In this document: one piece after another, positions 1 through 7,999 of the stretch
How positions within the stretch are numbered: the first letter of the stretch is position 1
How the letters are laid out: the number at the start of each line of letters is the position of its first letter
DNA from: a bacterium
GTDB lineage: Bacteria; SZUA-182; DTGQ01; JAFGSM01
Reading direction: 5' to 3'
Assembly: GCA_049472335.1 (NCBI GenBank)
Contig: JBLIRO010000058.1
Coordinates: forward strand, 1 to 32,967
DNA length: 32,967 bases
Program-made: the position numbers and the translations under genes
The notes under the pieces: generated by a model
What the model was told of the DNA's origin: nothing
The model's database searches: none
Seen by the model: only the letters and a program-made list of their open reading frames with translations

Positions 1-50
1 TATTTTATTTTAAATTTTATTTTAAAAAAAATTAAAAAAAACTTGACACT

Positions 51-202
51 TTACATAACAGACACAGAGGCACTGAGTAATGATTTTAGAAGGTTAACTT
101 ACGGAGCAGAAAATTGGAGTAGCGATAGAAGTTCATTGGCATTGAGGGAATCAAGAGGCTTGTCTTTTGATTTTTCTCTGTGTCTCTGTGCCTCCGTGGT
201 GA
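51..202. repeat. Imperfect inverted repeats of the CACAGAG type flanking the GxxExxY remnant
   Basis: Left arm 60-77 AGACACAGAGGCACTGAG; right arm 176-202 CTCTGTGTCTCTGTGCCTCCGTGGTGA, whose reverse complement ends AGGCACAGAGACACAGAG (15/18 match). Confidence 0.75.
80..170 (+). pseudogene. Internally deleted GxxExxY-family (PD-(D/E)XK-like) gene remnant
   Basis: ATG at 80 reads MILEG*LTEQKIGVAIEVHWH*, resembling the GxxExxY N-terminus (ELTExIIGAAIEVHRxLG). 147-170 in another frame reads GIKRLVF*, resembling the family C-terminus. The middle of the gene is absent. Confidence 0.75.
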
Positions 203-272
203 GATGAACTATTACCTTGAAACCGGCTTCACATGAGGCGTCTTAAGATGATTTTCAAATGCAGGATCCGGA

Positions 273-2738
273 TTAAAGGTCCTTCTCACTCCGTATCTGA
301 AGCTCGAGCTGTTCTATCATCCTCTGCGCCTGGATAAGCTTGGGATTGAGTTTCAGGGCTGTCTGATATTCACTTATGGCCTCGTTAAATCTTTTCTGCT
401 GTTGAAAAATGTATCCCAGATTGAAGTGGGGTTCCGCCCAGTTGGGATCAAGCTCCCCTGCCCTTTTAAAAAACCTGGTGGCTTCATCCAATCTATTCTG
501 CTGAAAATTCACCAGACCGGCAAAGTAATGTCCCCGCGGAGAGCCGGGCTTAATCTTTATCACCTTTTCCAGGGCAGCCAGGGCATCCTCATACTTTCTT
601 TCGTACATAAGCGAAGATCCAAGTGTCAGAAGGGCCGGTATATTATCAGGGTCTTCATTCAGGACCATCTGACAGGCTGAAATGGCTTGATCATACCGCC
701 TCTGTCTGAGATAGATTACAGCCAGATGGTTATGAGCAGTCACGTCATGGGGATCTATCTCCAGGGCCTTTTGAAGCTGTTCAAGGGCCTGATTCATCTG
801 ATTGTTTTGCATATGATAACGGGCCAAATTTATATGGGCCTCCTTGCTTCCGGCATTTATGTCCAATGCCTCCCGCAGGATATCGGCCCCTTCCTGATAC
901 CTGCCGGTTTTCATATATATCTTTCCTAGCTTTATGAAGATTCTGAGGTCCCTGCACCCAAGATCAAGGGCCTTTTTAAAGGACTCTATTGATTTCTCAT
1001 CATTATTCATGGCAGCATAGGTATGCCCCAAAACGGAATAAGCATCAACATCCCGGGGATTCTTTTCCAGGATCTTCATGAACTCATCCCTTGCCTTCCG
1101 GTATTCTCCCTTTCCGGAAAATTTCATGCCTTTATCAAAATATTCAAGCACATCGATCATCTTTTTGGGATCAGGGTATATTTTTCGTTCTTCACTCTCG
1201 CCGGGAGTAAAGACATACCCCAGGCTCCGCAATTTTTCCCTGGTCTTTTTATCCAATGACACCCTTTGGGCATCCTCCTCGGCCAGGGAAGAGGTTATGC
1301 TCTTCTTAAGCTCTGTGAGCTTTGAAACCAGTCTTTTCGCCTCACCCTGTTTTTCATCGAAGATATTGTCTTTTTCCTGCCTATCCTTATCCACCCTGTA
1401 TAATTCCCTGATTGGAGCCTCGATATATTTCCACTCCTCTGTTCTTAATCCTTCCAGAGGACTCCAGTTATGACTAAACTTTGGATAAAGGCTTTCGCAA
1501 TAAAGGACCAGTTTCGGATTATCTGTTTTACCCTGAATCAGGGGCATCAGAGAAATCCCCTGTATATCCTTATGGGGTTTGTACCCCGCCAGATCTAAAA
1601 TACTCGGCGCTATGTCGACCAGCCTTACTAAAGGCCTTATCCGCTTTGAATCCGGAAAAAGCTTCGGATGGGTTAATATCAACGGGACCTGCAGGGTGGT
1701 GTCATAGATAAAGATCCCGTGGGTCTTCTCCTTATGATCACCAAGCCCCTCACCATGATCCCCTGTTAGAACGACCAGGGTATTTTCATCCAATCCAAGC
1801 TGATGTACCATGTCCAAAAGAACACCTAACCAGTGATCCGTATAGGCTATCTCCCCGTCATAGGGATTATCAGCGTATTCCTCCGAATAAGGTGGAGGCG
1901 GGTTATATTGCATATGTGGGTCAAAGTAGTGCACCCATAGAAAGAATTTATCAGGGCGCGCCTCTTTTAACCATTTAATGGCAGCTTGCGTAACATCCTC
2001 AGCCCGTCTTTCCCTATCCAGAAATCCTCTATCTTCATCCCCGGAAAGATCGTCATTATAGACATCAAACCCCTGACCCAGCCCAAAGCGTTTATCAAGC
2101 ACATATGCGGATACAAAAGCAGCAGTGACGTATCCCTCGTCTTTAAGCATTTCGGCCAGGCTTACGGCCGACCCAGTCATGGCATAGGTGCCGTTGTTCC
2201 TTACCCCGTGAAAGGCAGGATAAGTCCCGGTGAGGATGGATGCGTGAGAGGGAAGCGTGATAGGAACAGGAGAGAAGGCATTTTCAAAAAGTATCCCCTC
2301 TCGGGCCAATCGGTCCATATTAGGGGTCTTTATCTTCTCATACCCATAGCACCCAATATGATCCGCCCTTATGGTATCAATGGTTATCAGAAGGACATTT
2401 AACGGGGATGGCCCTTTTGCCATGGATACGGAGGAGAATAAAGTTAATAGTATTACCCAAAAAAGGATAAATAGTTTTCCTGTCTTAATCCATTTTTTTG
2501 TAAGGGCAACATCCTTTACATTATTTACATTATTGATTTTTTTATCAATAGCCCTCTGCTTTGCCTTTAAAATCCCTTTCAAATCCATAATATCACCTTT
2601 TATCTGGGTAAACGGCTTCATTATTACCATGTTGTTTTCAACCTGAAAATCAACATAATCACCCTGCTCTATCCCAAGCTTTTCCCCAATCTTTTTTGGC
2701 AATGTAACCTGACCCTTTGATAAAACCTTTGCAATCAT
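273..2738 (-). CDS. Sulfatase-like (alkaline phosphatase superfamily) hydrolase/transferase with C-terminal TPR repeats and an in-frame N-terminal AbrB/MazE/SpoVT domain plus hydrophobic segment
   Basis: AbrB motif MIAKVLSKGQVTLPKKIGEKLGIEQGDYVDF; hydrophobic stretch LFILFWVILLTLFSSVSMA; sulfatase motifs NVLLITIDTIRADH, PITLPSHASILTG, WVHYFDPH, GDHGEGLGDH; multiple TPRs. ATG 2738 follows GGAG. Confidence 0.85.
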   Translation of the reverse strand: MIAKVLSKGQVTLPKKIGEKLGIEQGDYVDFQVENNMVIMKPFTQIKGDIMDLKGILKAKQRAIDKKINNVNNVKDVALTKKWIKTGKLFILFWVILLTLFSSVSMAKGPSPLNVLLITIDTIRADHIGCYGYEKIKTPNMDRLAREGILFENAFSPVPITLPSHASILTGTYPAFHGVRNNGTYAMTGSAVSLAEMLKDEGYVTAAFVSAYVLDKRFGLGQGFDVYNDDLSGDEDRGFLDRERRAEDVTQAAIKWLKEARPDKFFLWVHYFDPHMQYNPPPPYSEEYADNPYDGEIAYTDHWLGVLLDMVHQLGLDENTLVVLTGDHGEGLGDHKEKTHGIFIYDTTLQVPLILTHPKLFPDSKRIRPLVRLVDIAPSILDLAGYKPHKDIQGISLMPLIQGKTDNPKLVLYCESLYPKFSHNWSPLEGLRTEEWKYIEAPIRELYRVDKDRQEKDNIFDEKQGEAKRLVSKLTELKKSITSSLAEEDAQRVSLDKKTREKLRSLGYVFTPGESEERKIYPDPKKMIDVLEYFDKGMKFSGKGEYRKARDEFMKILEKNPRDVDAYSVLGHTYAAMNNDEKSIESFKKALDLGCRDLRIFIKLGKIYMKTGRYQEGADILREALDINAGSKEAHINLARYHMQNNQMNQALEQLQKALEIDPHDVTAHNHLAVIYLRQRRYDQAISACQMVLNEDPDNIPALLTLGSSLMYERKYEDALAALEKVIKIKPGSPRGHYFAGLVNFQQNRLDEATRFFKRAGELDPNWAEPHFNLGYIFQQQKRFNEAISEYQTALKLNPKLIQAQRMIEQLELQIRSEKDL

Positions 2739-2797
2739 ATCATGCTCCAAAATGCAAGAAATAATTTATCTAATCCGAACATTCGCTACTCGATTCC

Positions 2798-2867
2798 CTG
2801 CCCGGGCAGAAATATTCAATCTCTGTCTCTGAAAAAAGGTAAAAAAGTGTAAAAGGGCAAAGGGTAA
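2798..2867 (-). other. Pyrimidine-rich short-repeat tract and GC palindrome downstream of the FGE-domain gene (possible DGR IMH/hairpin region)
   Basis: On the minus strand after TAA: TTACCCTTTGCCCTTTTACACTTTTTTACCTTTTTTC (2867-2831). Perfect 12-bp palindrome CTGCCCGGGCAG at 2798-2809. Confidence 0.5.
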
Positions 2868-3449
2868 TTATTTTAAAGTCCTGACGCAACGAAACCCAAC
2901 GCCATTGAACCTGCTGTCGGGATTGAGTCTGAAGCGGTAAGCGCACCGGGCACTAAAACTGATGCCGTTCCACGAGCCGCCCCTGAGCACTTTTTCCTTC
3001 TGTCTTTCATCATACCAGCTTTCTGTCCATTCACATACATTTCCTGCCATATCATAACATTTATAAGGGCTTATACCATCAGGATTGTTATTCACAGCGG
3101 TTGTTTTTCCAATTCCCGATTCAGAGGTATTACATCTTCCCTTGTCAAAATTATTCCCCCACGGATATTCTCTTCCATCAGTCCCCCGTGCAGCCTTCTC
3201 CCATTCCTCTTCAGCAGGAAGTCTGAATTCTTCTCCCACTTTTTCAGACTGCCAGCGGCAATATTCCACTGCATCATTATATGACACCAGCACCACCGGA
3301 TGGTCAGCCATCCCTTCAGGGTAGGTCCGTTTCTTTTCATCCCAGTTATACGCCTCAGCCCATTCTTCTTTTACGTATGGAACACCATGGCCCTTCCTGT
3401 CATCGATAAATTCCTTATACTGCCTGTTAGTCACAGGAAAAACATCCAT
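2868..3449 (-). CDS. FGE-sulfatase/SUMF1 (C-type lectin fold) domain; C-terminal part of the KAP-FGE gene; probable DGR target
   Basis: Motifs PVTNRQY, HPVVLVSYNDAVEYC, RLPAEEEWEKAARG, YPWGN, DMAGNVCEW, VLRGGSW...GFRCV. Lacks the catalytic Cys pair of true FGE. In frame with the upstream ORF across a single TAG. Confidence 0.85.
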   Translation of the reverse strand: MDVFPVTNRQYKEFIDDRKGHGVPYVKEEWAEAYNWDEKKRTYPEGMADHPVVLVSYNDAVEYCRWQSEKVGEEFRLPAEEEWEKAARGTDGREYPWGNNFDKGRCNTSESGIGKTTAVNNNPDGISPYKCYDMAGNVCEWTESWYDERQKEKVLRGGSWNGISFSARCAYRFRLNPDSRFNGVGFRCVRTLK

Positions 3450-3467
3450 ATAATAATCATAATCAAT

Positions 3468-4955
3468 CTATTTCTCAATCTTCTCATCGCCATACAGGAA
3501 GCTGCCTTTCGGAATCAGGACCATATCACCCGGATTAAAGGTCTGGCTGAACCCGGGAGAAACACCCTTCTCTTTTTCGCGGATAACTGTTGACTCCGTG
3601 AGAAGGATAAACCTGTCGATCAGCCAGTCATTATCCGGGAATGGCTTGCCTGCCGAAAGCACCTTCCTGAGCCTTTCATCCAGATGAATGCCTTTCTCCT
3701 TTGCTTTTTCATCTTCGGTGACCTCCCCTTTTCCCTCCCCTCTCGCAGATCCCTGCAGGTCGATCAACATCTTCTTGTTGCCCTTGATCATACTGTGTAT
3801 ATTAGGGAAGCTAAAGACAATGATCGTCCATTTGATATACATTATTGGTATAAAGTATTCTCGGAGCAGGTTCTTATGCTCCTTGCTTTCTTTTGATTCA
3901 ACCCTGTCTTTCAGGATATTCTCCTTGACTGTCTCCGCAAGCCTTACAGTAAATGAAAGGAGATTGATAAATCGTTTCAGCGTCCTCGGGTTTTCCCCCA
4001 CCCCGGCTTCGATTATCTCTATTTCCGTATGCCCGGTAAATCCTTCAGCATCACCCAGTAATGACGCGATAAACCTGCTCTTTCTGCCCGGCTCAAGTGC
4101 GGGCAATTCAAGGGGCAACTGTATCATCTTATCCATATAGTGTTCAGGTGAGATTAAAAGGTCCTGGCCCTCCTTTTCCTCCTTGTATTCAAAAAACCTG
4201 TAACGGTATGAAATCCCCTTTTTTACGATATCCCTGTCCAAACCCATTATCACCAGATACCCTTCAATATCGAGGAACAGTTTAATGGACTCCAGGAGCT
4301 CTACGGCTTTTTCCGGGAGGCACCGGTCAAGGTCATCTATAAATACCACGATCCTGAATTTCTTCTCATCAACCGAGTTTTTTAATTCATCCACGATTTC
4401 ATAATAGATGGATGATAGCCGGTCGGAAAGGGTCTTTGCCTCTTCTATTCTCCTTTTAACAAGTTCTTCTTCCCTTTCTGCAGATTTTGCCACATCAAGC
4501 TCAAAACCGAAACAGCCTAGCTTGCACTCAGGCTTTATTCCATAGGCAAATGCAGCAGCCGCCATACCGATTCTGTCAACCGCATCCTTGATTTTTTCCG
4601 AGATCTCCTTTGCCAGTCCCTTTTGCTCCTCAGAGTAGCGCTTCATCTTATTCTCTATGGTTTTCAGGAAAGGGATTATCAGGTGCTCCTCCTTCTGGAA
4701 CCTCCAGGGATTGAACCATACCGGGATGGCAAGAGGCTTGGTTTTATGCTCGGACAGCCTCTTTTCAAGAAGATGCATAAAGCTCGTCTTTCCACTCCCC
4801 CACTTTCCGAATATGCCTATACAGAAGGGTGTCCTGAAATCCTTGTCAAGGATCATATTACTGATTGTTTCTATATATTTATCAAATCCCAGTTGATCCT
4901 CTTCACAATGGATATCAGAAAGAATATTCAGATATTTTTTTTCATCTTGTTTCAT
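3468..4955 (-). CDS. KAP-family P-loop NTPase (N-terminal part of an interrupted KAP-FGE fusion)
   Basis: DQLGFDKY; Walker A GKWGSGKTS; WFNPWRF; Walker B IVVFIDDLDRC; YMDKMIQLP; NPRTLKRFIN. Ends with the FGE-domain start MVLIPKGSFLYG. Confidence 0.9.
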   Translation of the reverse strand: MKQDEKKYLNILSDIHCEEDQLGFDKYIETISNMILDKDFRTPFCIGIFGKWGSGKTSFMHLLEKRLSEHKTKPLAIPVWFNPWRFQKEEHLIIPFLKTIENKMKRYSEEQKGLAKEISEKIKDAVDRIGMAAAAFAYGIKPECKLGCFGFELDVAKSAEREEELVKRRIEEAKTLSDRLSSIYYEIVDELKNSVDEKKFRIVVFIDDLDRCLPEKAVELLESIKLFLDIEGYLVIMGLDRDIVKKGISYRYRFFEYKEEKEGQDLLISPEHYMDKMIQLPLELPALEPGRKSRFIASLLGDAEGFTGHTEIEIIEAGVGENPRTLKRFINLLSFTVRLAETVKENILKDRVESKESKEHKNLLREYFIPIMYIKWTIIVFSFPNIHSMIKGNKKMLIDLQGSARGEGKGEVTEDEKAKEKGIHLDERLRKVLSAGKPFPDNDWLIDRFILLTESTVIREKEKGVSPGFSQTFNPGDMVLIPKGSFLYGDEKIEK

Positions 4956-5018
4956 AAATTCTCCCGATTTTGATCCGATTCCCTGAATTTGAATGCAAAT
5001 ACTCAGAAAACCCGCACC

Positions 5019-5924
5019 TTAATATATTTCGCCACTTTTACAATAATCTTCCGCAAGGCTCTCCGCAAGCCGAAGGTCCTTACTGGCCTGGACAATACAA
5101 TCTTTCGGTTTCGATATACCCTTCAAGCATAATAATTTTCTTCTCTTATTTCCACTGCCTTTATTTTGAGAAGTGGAGGTTTCCATAATATCCACCAGAG
5201 AACCATAAGGACACTGGATGCACTTTTCATACTGGTGGTCCGACATTTTGCCCAGAAACAAGGCCTTTCTGGCCTCGATGGTGGTCCAGGGCTCAGCATC
5301 CCCCTTCTCTTCGATCTCGATCCCGCGGACACGGCCAAGTATTATCCTGCCCCGGTCAAGGCGCAGGGTGGCCCGGAATTCCAACCGGTCCCCTTCGCTG
5401 AGCCGAAGGCGGCCCTGTTGCGAGGGACTCAAAAGGGCGAAGAATGTGTCTTTAAAATCAATCAGGCCAATGAATCCTTCCTTGAAGGTCAGCAAAAATC
5501 CCTTAAATGACAGGCTGGTCCGGTTATAGTGGCGATTCAGGACAAACCGGGGTTTTACACTGCTTACAGTGCCGGCACAACTTGACTCTTTGCCTTTCTT
5601 TGAATTCAGCCATATCTCGAAATCTCTCAGCTCATCCAGGAAGAGCCGATAATCATTCTGTGTGAGAAGGAGTCTGGGATGTTTTACTATCTTCTCATCA
5701 TAGTAATTAGCGCATGACGTGCACCTTTTTCCCACATGTTCGTAAGACTTGGGACAGGGCAGCTTATGATCGAGCTTTTTGCACTTCCATTTGAAATATA
5801 CACATCCATGGGGATAGCACCCCTTTTCCTTTAGCACATGATAGACTGATACCATATCCCCAAAACTATGATGAGACTCATGGGTGCAGCGAAAAACATC
5901 GAGTCTTTTGTATTGATTTATCAT
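5019..5924 (-). CDS. Cysteine-rich hypothetical protein (possible metal-binding domain plus OB-like beta domain)
   Basis: 301-aa ORF with Cys clusters (CYPHGC, CTSC, CIQC) and a central beta-rich segment (AGTVSSVKP...GDRLEFRATL). No family recognised. Confidence 0.65.
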   Translation of the reverse strand: MINQYKRLDVFRCTHESHHSFGDMVSVYHVLKEKGCYPHGCVYFKWKCKKLDHKLPCPKSYEHVGKRCTSCANYYDEKIVKHPRLLLTQNDYRLFLDELRDFEIWLNSKKGKESSCAGTVSSVKPRFVLNRHYNRTSLSFKGFLLTFKEGFIGLIDFKDTFFALLSPSQQGRLRLSEGDRLEFRATLRLDRGRIILGRVRGIEIEEKGDAEPWTTIEARKALFLGKMSDHQYEKCIQCPYGSLVDIMETSTSQNKGSGNKRRKLLCLKGISKPKDCIVQASKDLRLAESLAEDYCKSGEIY

Positions 5925-6080
5925 TTTCTTATTATATCTTATTTAAAGGTCCTATTGAATAATACTGTGGAAAAAACCGAAAAAATTAATAATGATTGAT
6001 GTTTCAGTTAGTTAAAAATGTATGCTTCTTTATATCTATGTCAAGAGTATGAAATTACAAATCCTGTCCCTTGACAAATT

Positions 6081-6746
6081 ATGGGAGATTGCTCTATGCC
6101 TCTGAGTGTTGTATTAATATTCGCCGCTCTGGTACTTTTTTCGGTTTATGCATTGGCAACGGAACATGGCCGCTCTTTCACCTTTAGCGAAGATAAAAAT
6201 CTCAATCCCTTTCAACGGTTCATTCTCCCTTTTATAATCGGGATGGTCATCATTGCGGTTGAAGCGGCCACCCTCTTTCCCCTGGGTCCTGAGACCCGTT
6301 TATGGATTAAGATAACCGTTTTTTTGTCCATACTAAATGGTCTTGGCTGGGGGATCTTGAACATCAAGCGTTCCAAAAGATTTCCGGTATGGAAAGGCAT
6401 GGCCGTTCTCTGGATATTTATCTCTGGAATATTGATCATACCATCTTTACCTATGATTATTCTGATCTTTGCAATGCTGGCACTTAAAACACTTGGGATG
6501 TGGCCTTTTTTTGCACTCCTTTTCATCATCCTGGCCATATTGAATAAAGCAGGGATTCTTTCTGATATCCTCGGCGCCCTTTTTAACAAACCAGAGGAAA
6601 AGGTGAAGGAATTCTTATTAAAAAATAAAAAGAGGATATATTCCCTCTCTGCCGCTATACTAATAGCACCCTTTGTAATTATAACCCTTTTTTATATTAT
6701 GATCTTCCTTGGATGGGGCCCGAATATGGGCCCCATGGGTCGTTAA
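6081..6746 (+). CDS. Multi-pass membrane protein, unknown function
   Basis: 221-aa ORF with about six hydrophobic segments separated by basic loops. Confidence 0.65.
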   Translation: MGDCSMPLSVVLIFAALVLFSVYALATEHGRSFTFSEDKNLNPFQRFILPFIIGMVIIAVEAATLFPLGPETRLWIKITVFLSILNGLGWGILNIKRSKRFPVWKGMAVLWIFISGILIIPSLPMIILIFAMLALKTLGMWPFFALLFIILAILNKAGILSDILGALFNKPEEKVKEFLLKNKKRIYSLSAAILIAPFVIITLFYIMIFLGWGPNMGPMGR

Positions 6747-6786
6747 GCGAAGCAGCAACAAATCATAAAAATAAAAAATATGAACA

Positions 6787-6810
6787 TTGATAAGATCGTA
6801 AAAAGTCATT
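6787..6810. repeat. Solo copy of a dispersed TTGATxxGATCGTAAAAAGTCATT repeat end
   Basis: TTGATAAGATCGTAAAAAGTCATT, nearly identical to 17743-17767 and sharing GTAAAAAGTCATT with 15657-15670. Confidence 0.6.
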
Positions 6811-6819
6811 GAGGTCCTA

Positions 6820-7476
6820 TTAAAAATATTTTAAAACCTGATATAAGTCCTTCTTTCTTGCTATCTTATGAATATTTTGAATCATTCGGAACTTTAGCTG
6901 GTGAACCGCATTTATCTTAATATTCATGATCTCTGCGATCTCTGAAAAAACAAAACCCTCTTCGTAAATCAGTTTAAACAGGTAATTATGTCTCTCAGGA
7001 AGGTCCTCTTTTATCATCAATATAATATCCTTAAGATCCCTATAATTTGATCCATCAATATTATTCTGGTCAGAAGTACGGTGCTGTATCTTTTCCAACT
7101 CTATAAAGGTTTTTTGTTTTCTAAGATAATCAATCGCCTTATTAAAGCTGATCACTCTCAGATAGGCCAGAAATGAATATTCGTCATGACCTCGAAATTT
7201 CTTTAACCTTTTGCAATCTTCATCCAGGAGGGCCAAAAAGACGTTATGAAAAATATCGTCCACTTCATCCTCCTGAAAGGAATAACTGTATCTCCTTAGG
7301 GTTTTTATTATATACTGATAAATTAGATTGGCATACTTTTCAACAAAAAAATCCCAGGCCTTTTCCTCCTTTTTTTTGCATTTATTCAAAAAATCGACAA
7401 ATTCTTTATTAACTTCATTAACTTCCATATTACTTCCTGGTATTATATTCTGGTCTTTTAGAGTTAAGGTGTCCAT
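6820..7476 (-). CDS. ECF-type sigma-70 family RNA polymerase sigma factor
   Basis: Region 2: AWDFFVEKY...DDIFHNVFLAL...FLAYLRVISFNKAIDYLRK. Region 4: LPERH...FSEIAEIMNIKINAVHQLKFR. Confidence 0.85.
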   Translation of the reverse strand: MDTLTLKDQNIIPGSNMEVNEVNKEFVDFLNKCKKKEEKAWDFFVEKYANLIYQYIIKTLRRYSYSFQEDEVDDIFHNVFLALLDEDCKRLKKFRGHDEYSFLAYLRVISFNKAIDYLRKQKTFIELEKIQHRTSDQNNIDGSNYRDLKDIILMIKEDLPERHNYLFKLIYEEGFVFSEIAEIMNIKINAVHQLKFRMIQNIHKIARKKDLYQVLKYF

Positions 7477-7944
7477 ATTGTCTTATAAACTTTTTCTGCA
7501 ATTCCGCGATGAATTAAGACTATTGGCCTTCTTATCTATCAAGGGCTTTAAGAAGCCTGTCTTTCTCTAATCTTGGCTGGAACTACACAATGGAAGTGCA
7601 AAAAACCAACTTTAAAGAGCAGACGAACAGGGTATAATGATTCTGTAATTAATAATTTTATAAATCCAATTTATGGATAACGATCTAAATAATAATCTAA
7701 AATATTATAACACGTCTTATATCGTTTTCAAAGTTTTTTTTATGTCAAGGTTCTTCAAAATCACTTTATTATCTAATTAGAACAAATGAAATCATAATTG
7801 CTTATTATTATTTGACTTTATATTCTTGAAATGATAAAAGTATAATAAATACATTCAAAAGCCATGATCCTATATTTCTGGTAGTTTGGCTAAAAAAAAA
7901 ATATCTCTTTTATTATTAATATAATAGTTTTATTTTTTTAATAT

Positions 7945-7985
7945 GGTCACCGGTTTTTGGAAAAGATTTACCGGTGGCCTTTTTT
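7945..7985 (+). terminator. Terminator-like hairpin directly upstream of the PPIase RBS
   Basis: GGTCACCGGT (7945-7954) pairs with ACCGGTGGCC (7970-7979), followed by T6 and then ATTGGAGG and ATG 8000. Confidence 0.5.
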
Positions 7986-7999
7986 ATTGGAGGAAATAA

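Noticed and set aside
273..3449. FGE-domain gene next to a sulfatase as a sulfatase-maturation pair
   Set aside because: The FGE domain lacks the catalytic Cys pair and is part of a KAP fusion, and the sulfatase-like protein has Thr rather than a Cys/Ser FGE substrate motif.
6713..6736. Perfect 9-bp inverted repeat ATGGGGCCC/GGGCCCCAT
   Set aside because: It lies inside the 3' end of a CDS, has no U-tract and occurs once; function unsupported.
7855..7895. Resemblance to the 3' half of a c-di-GMP-I riboswitch
   Set aside because: The GGCAAAC..GAAA..GACGC 5' half is absent, so it cannot be called an aptamer.
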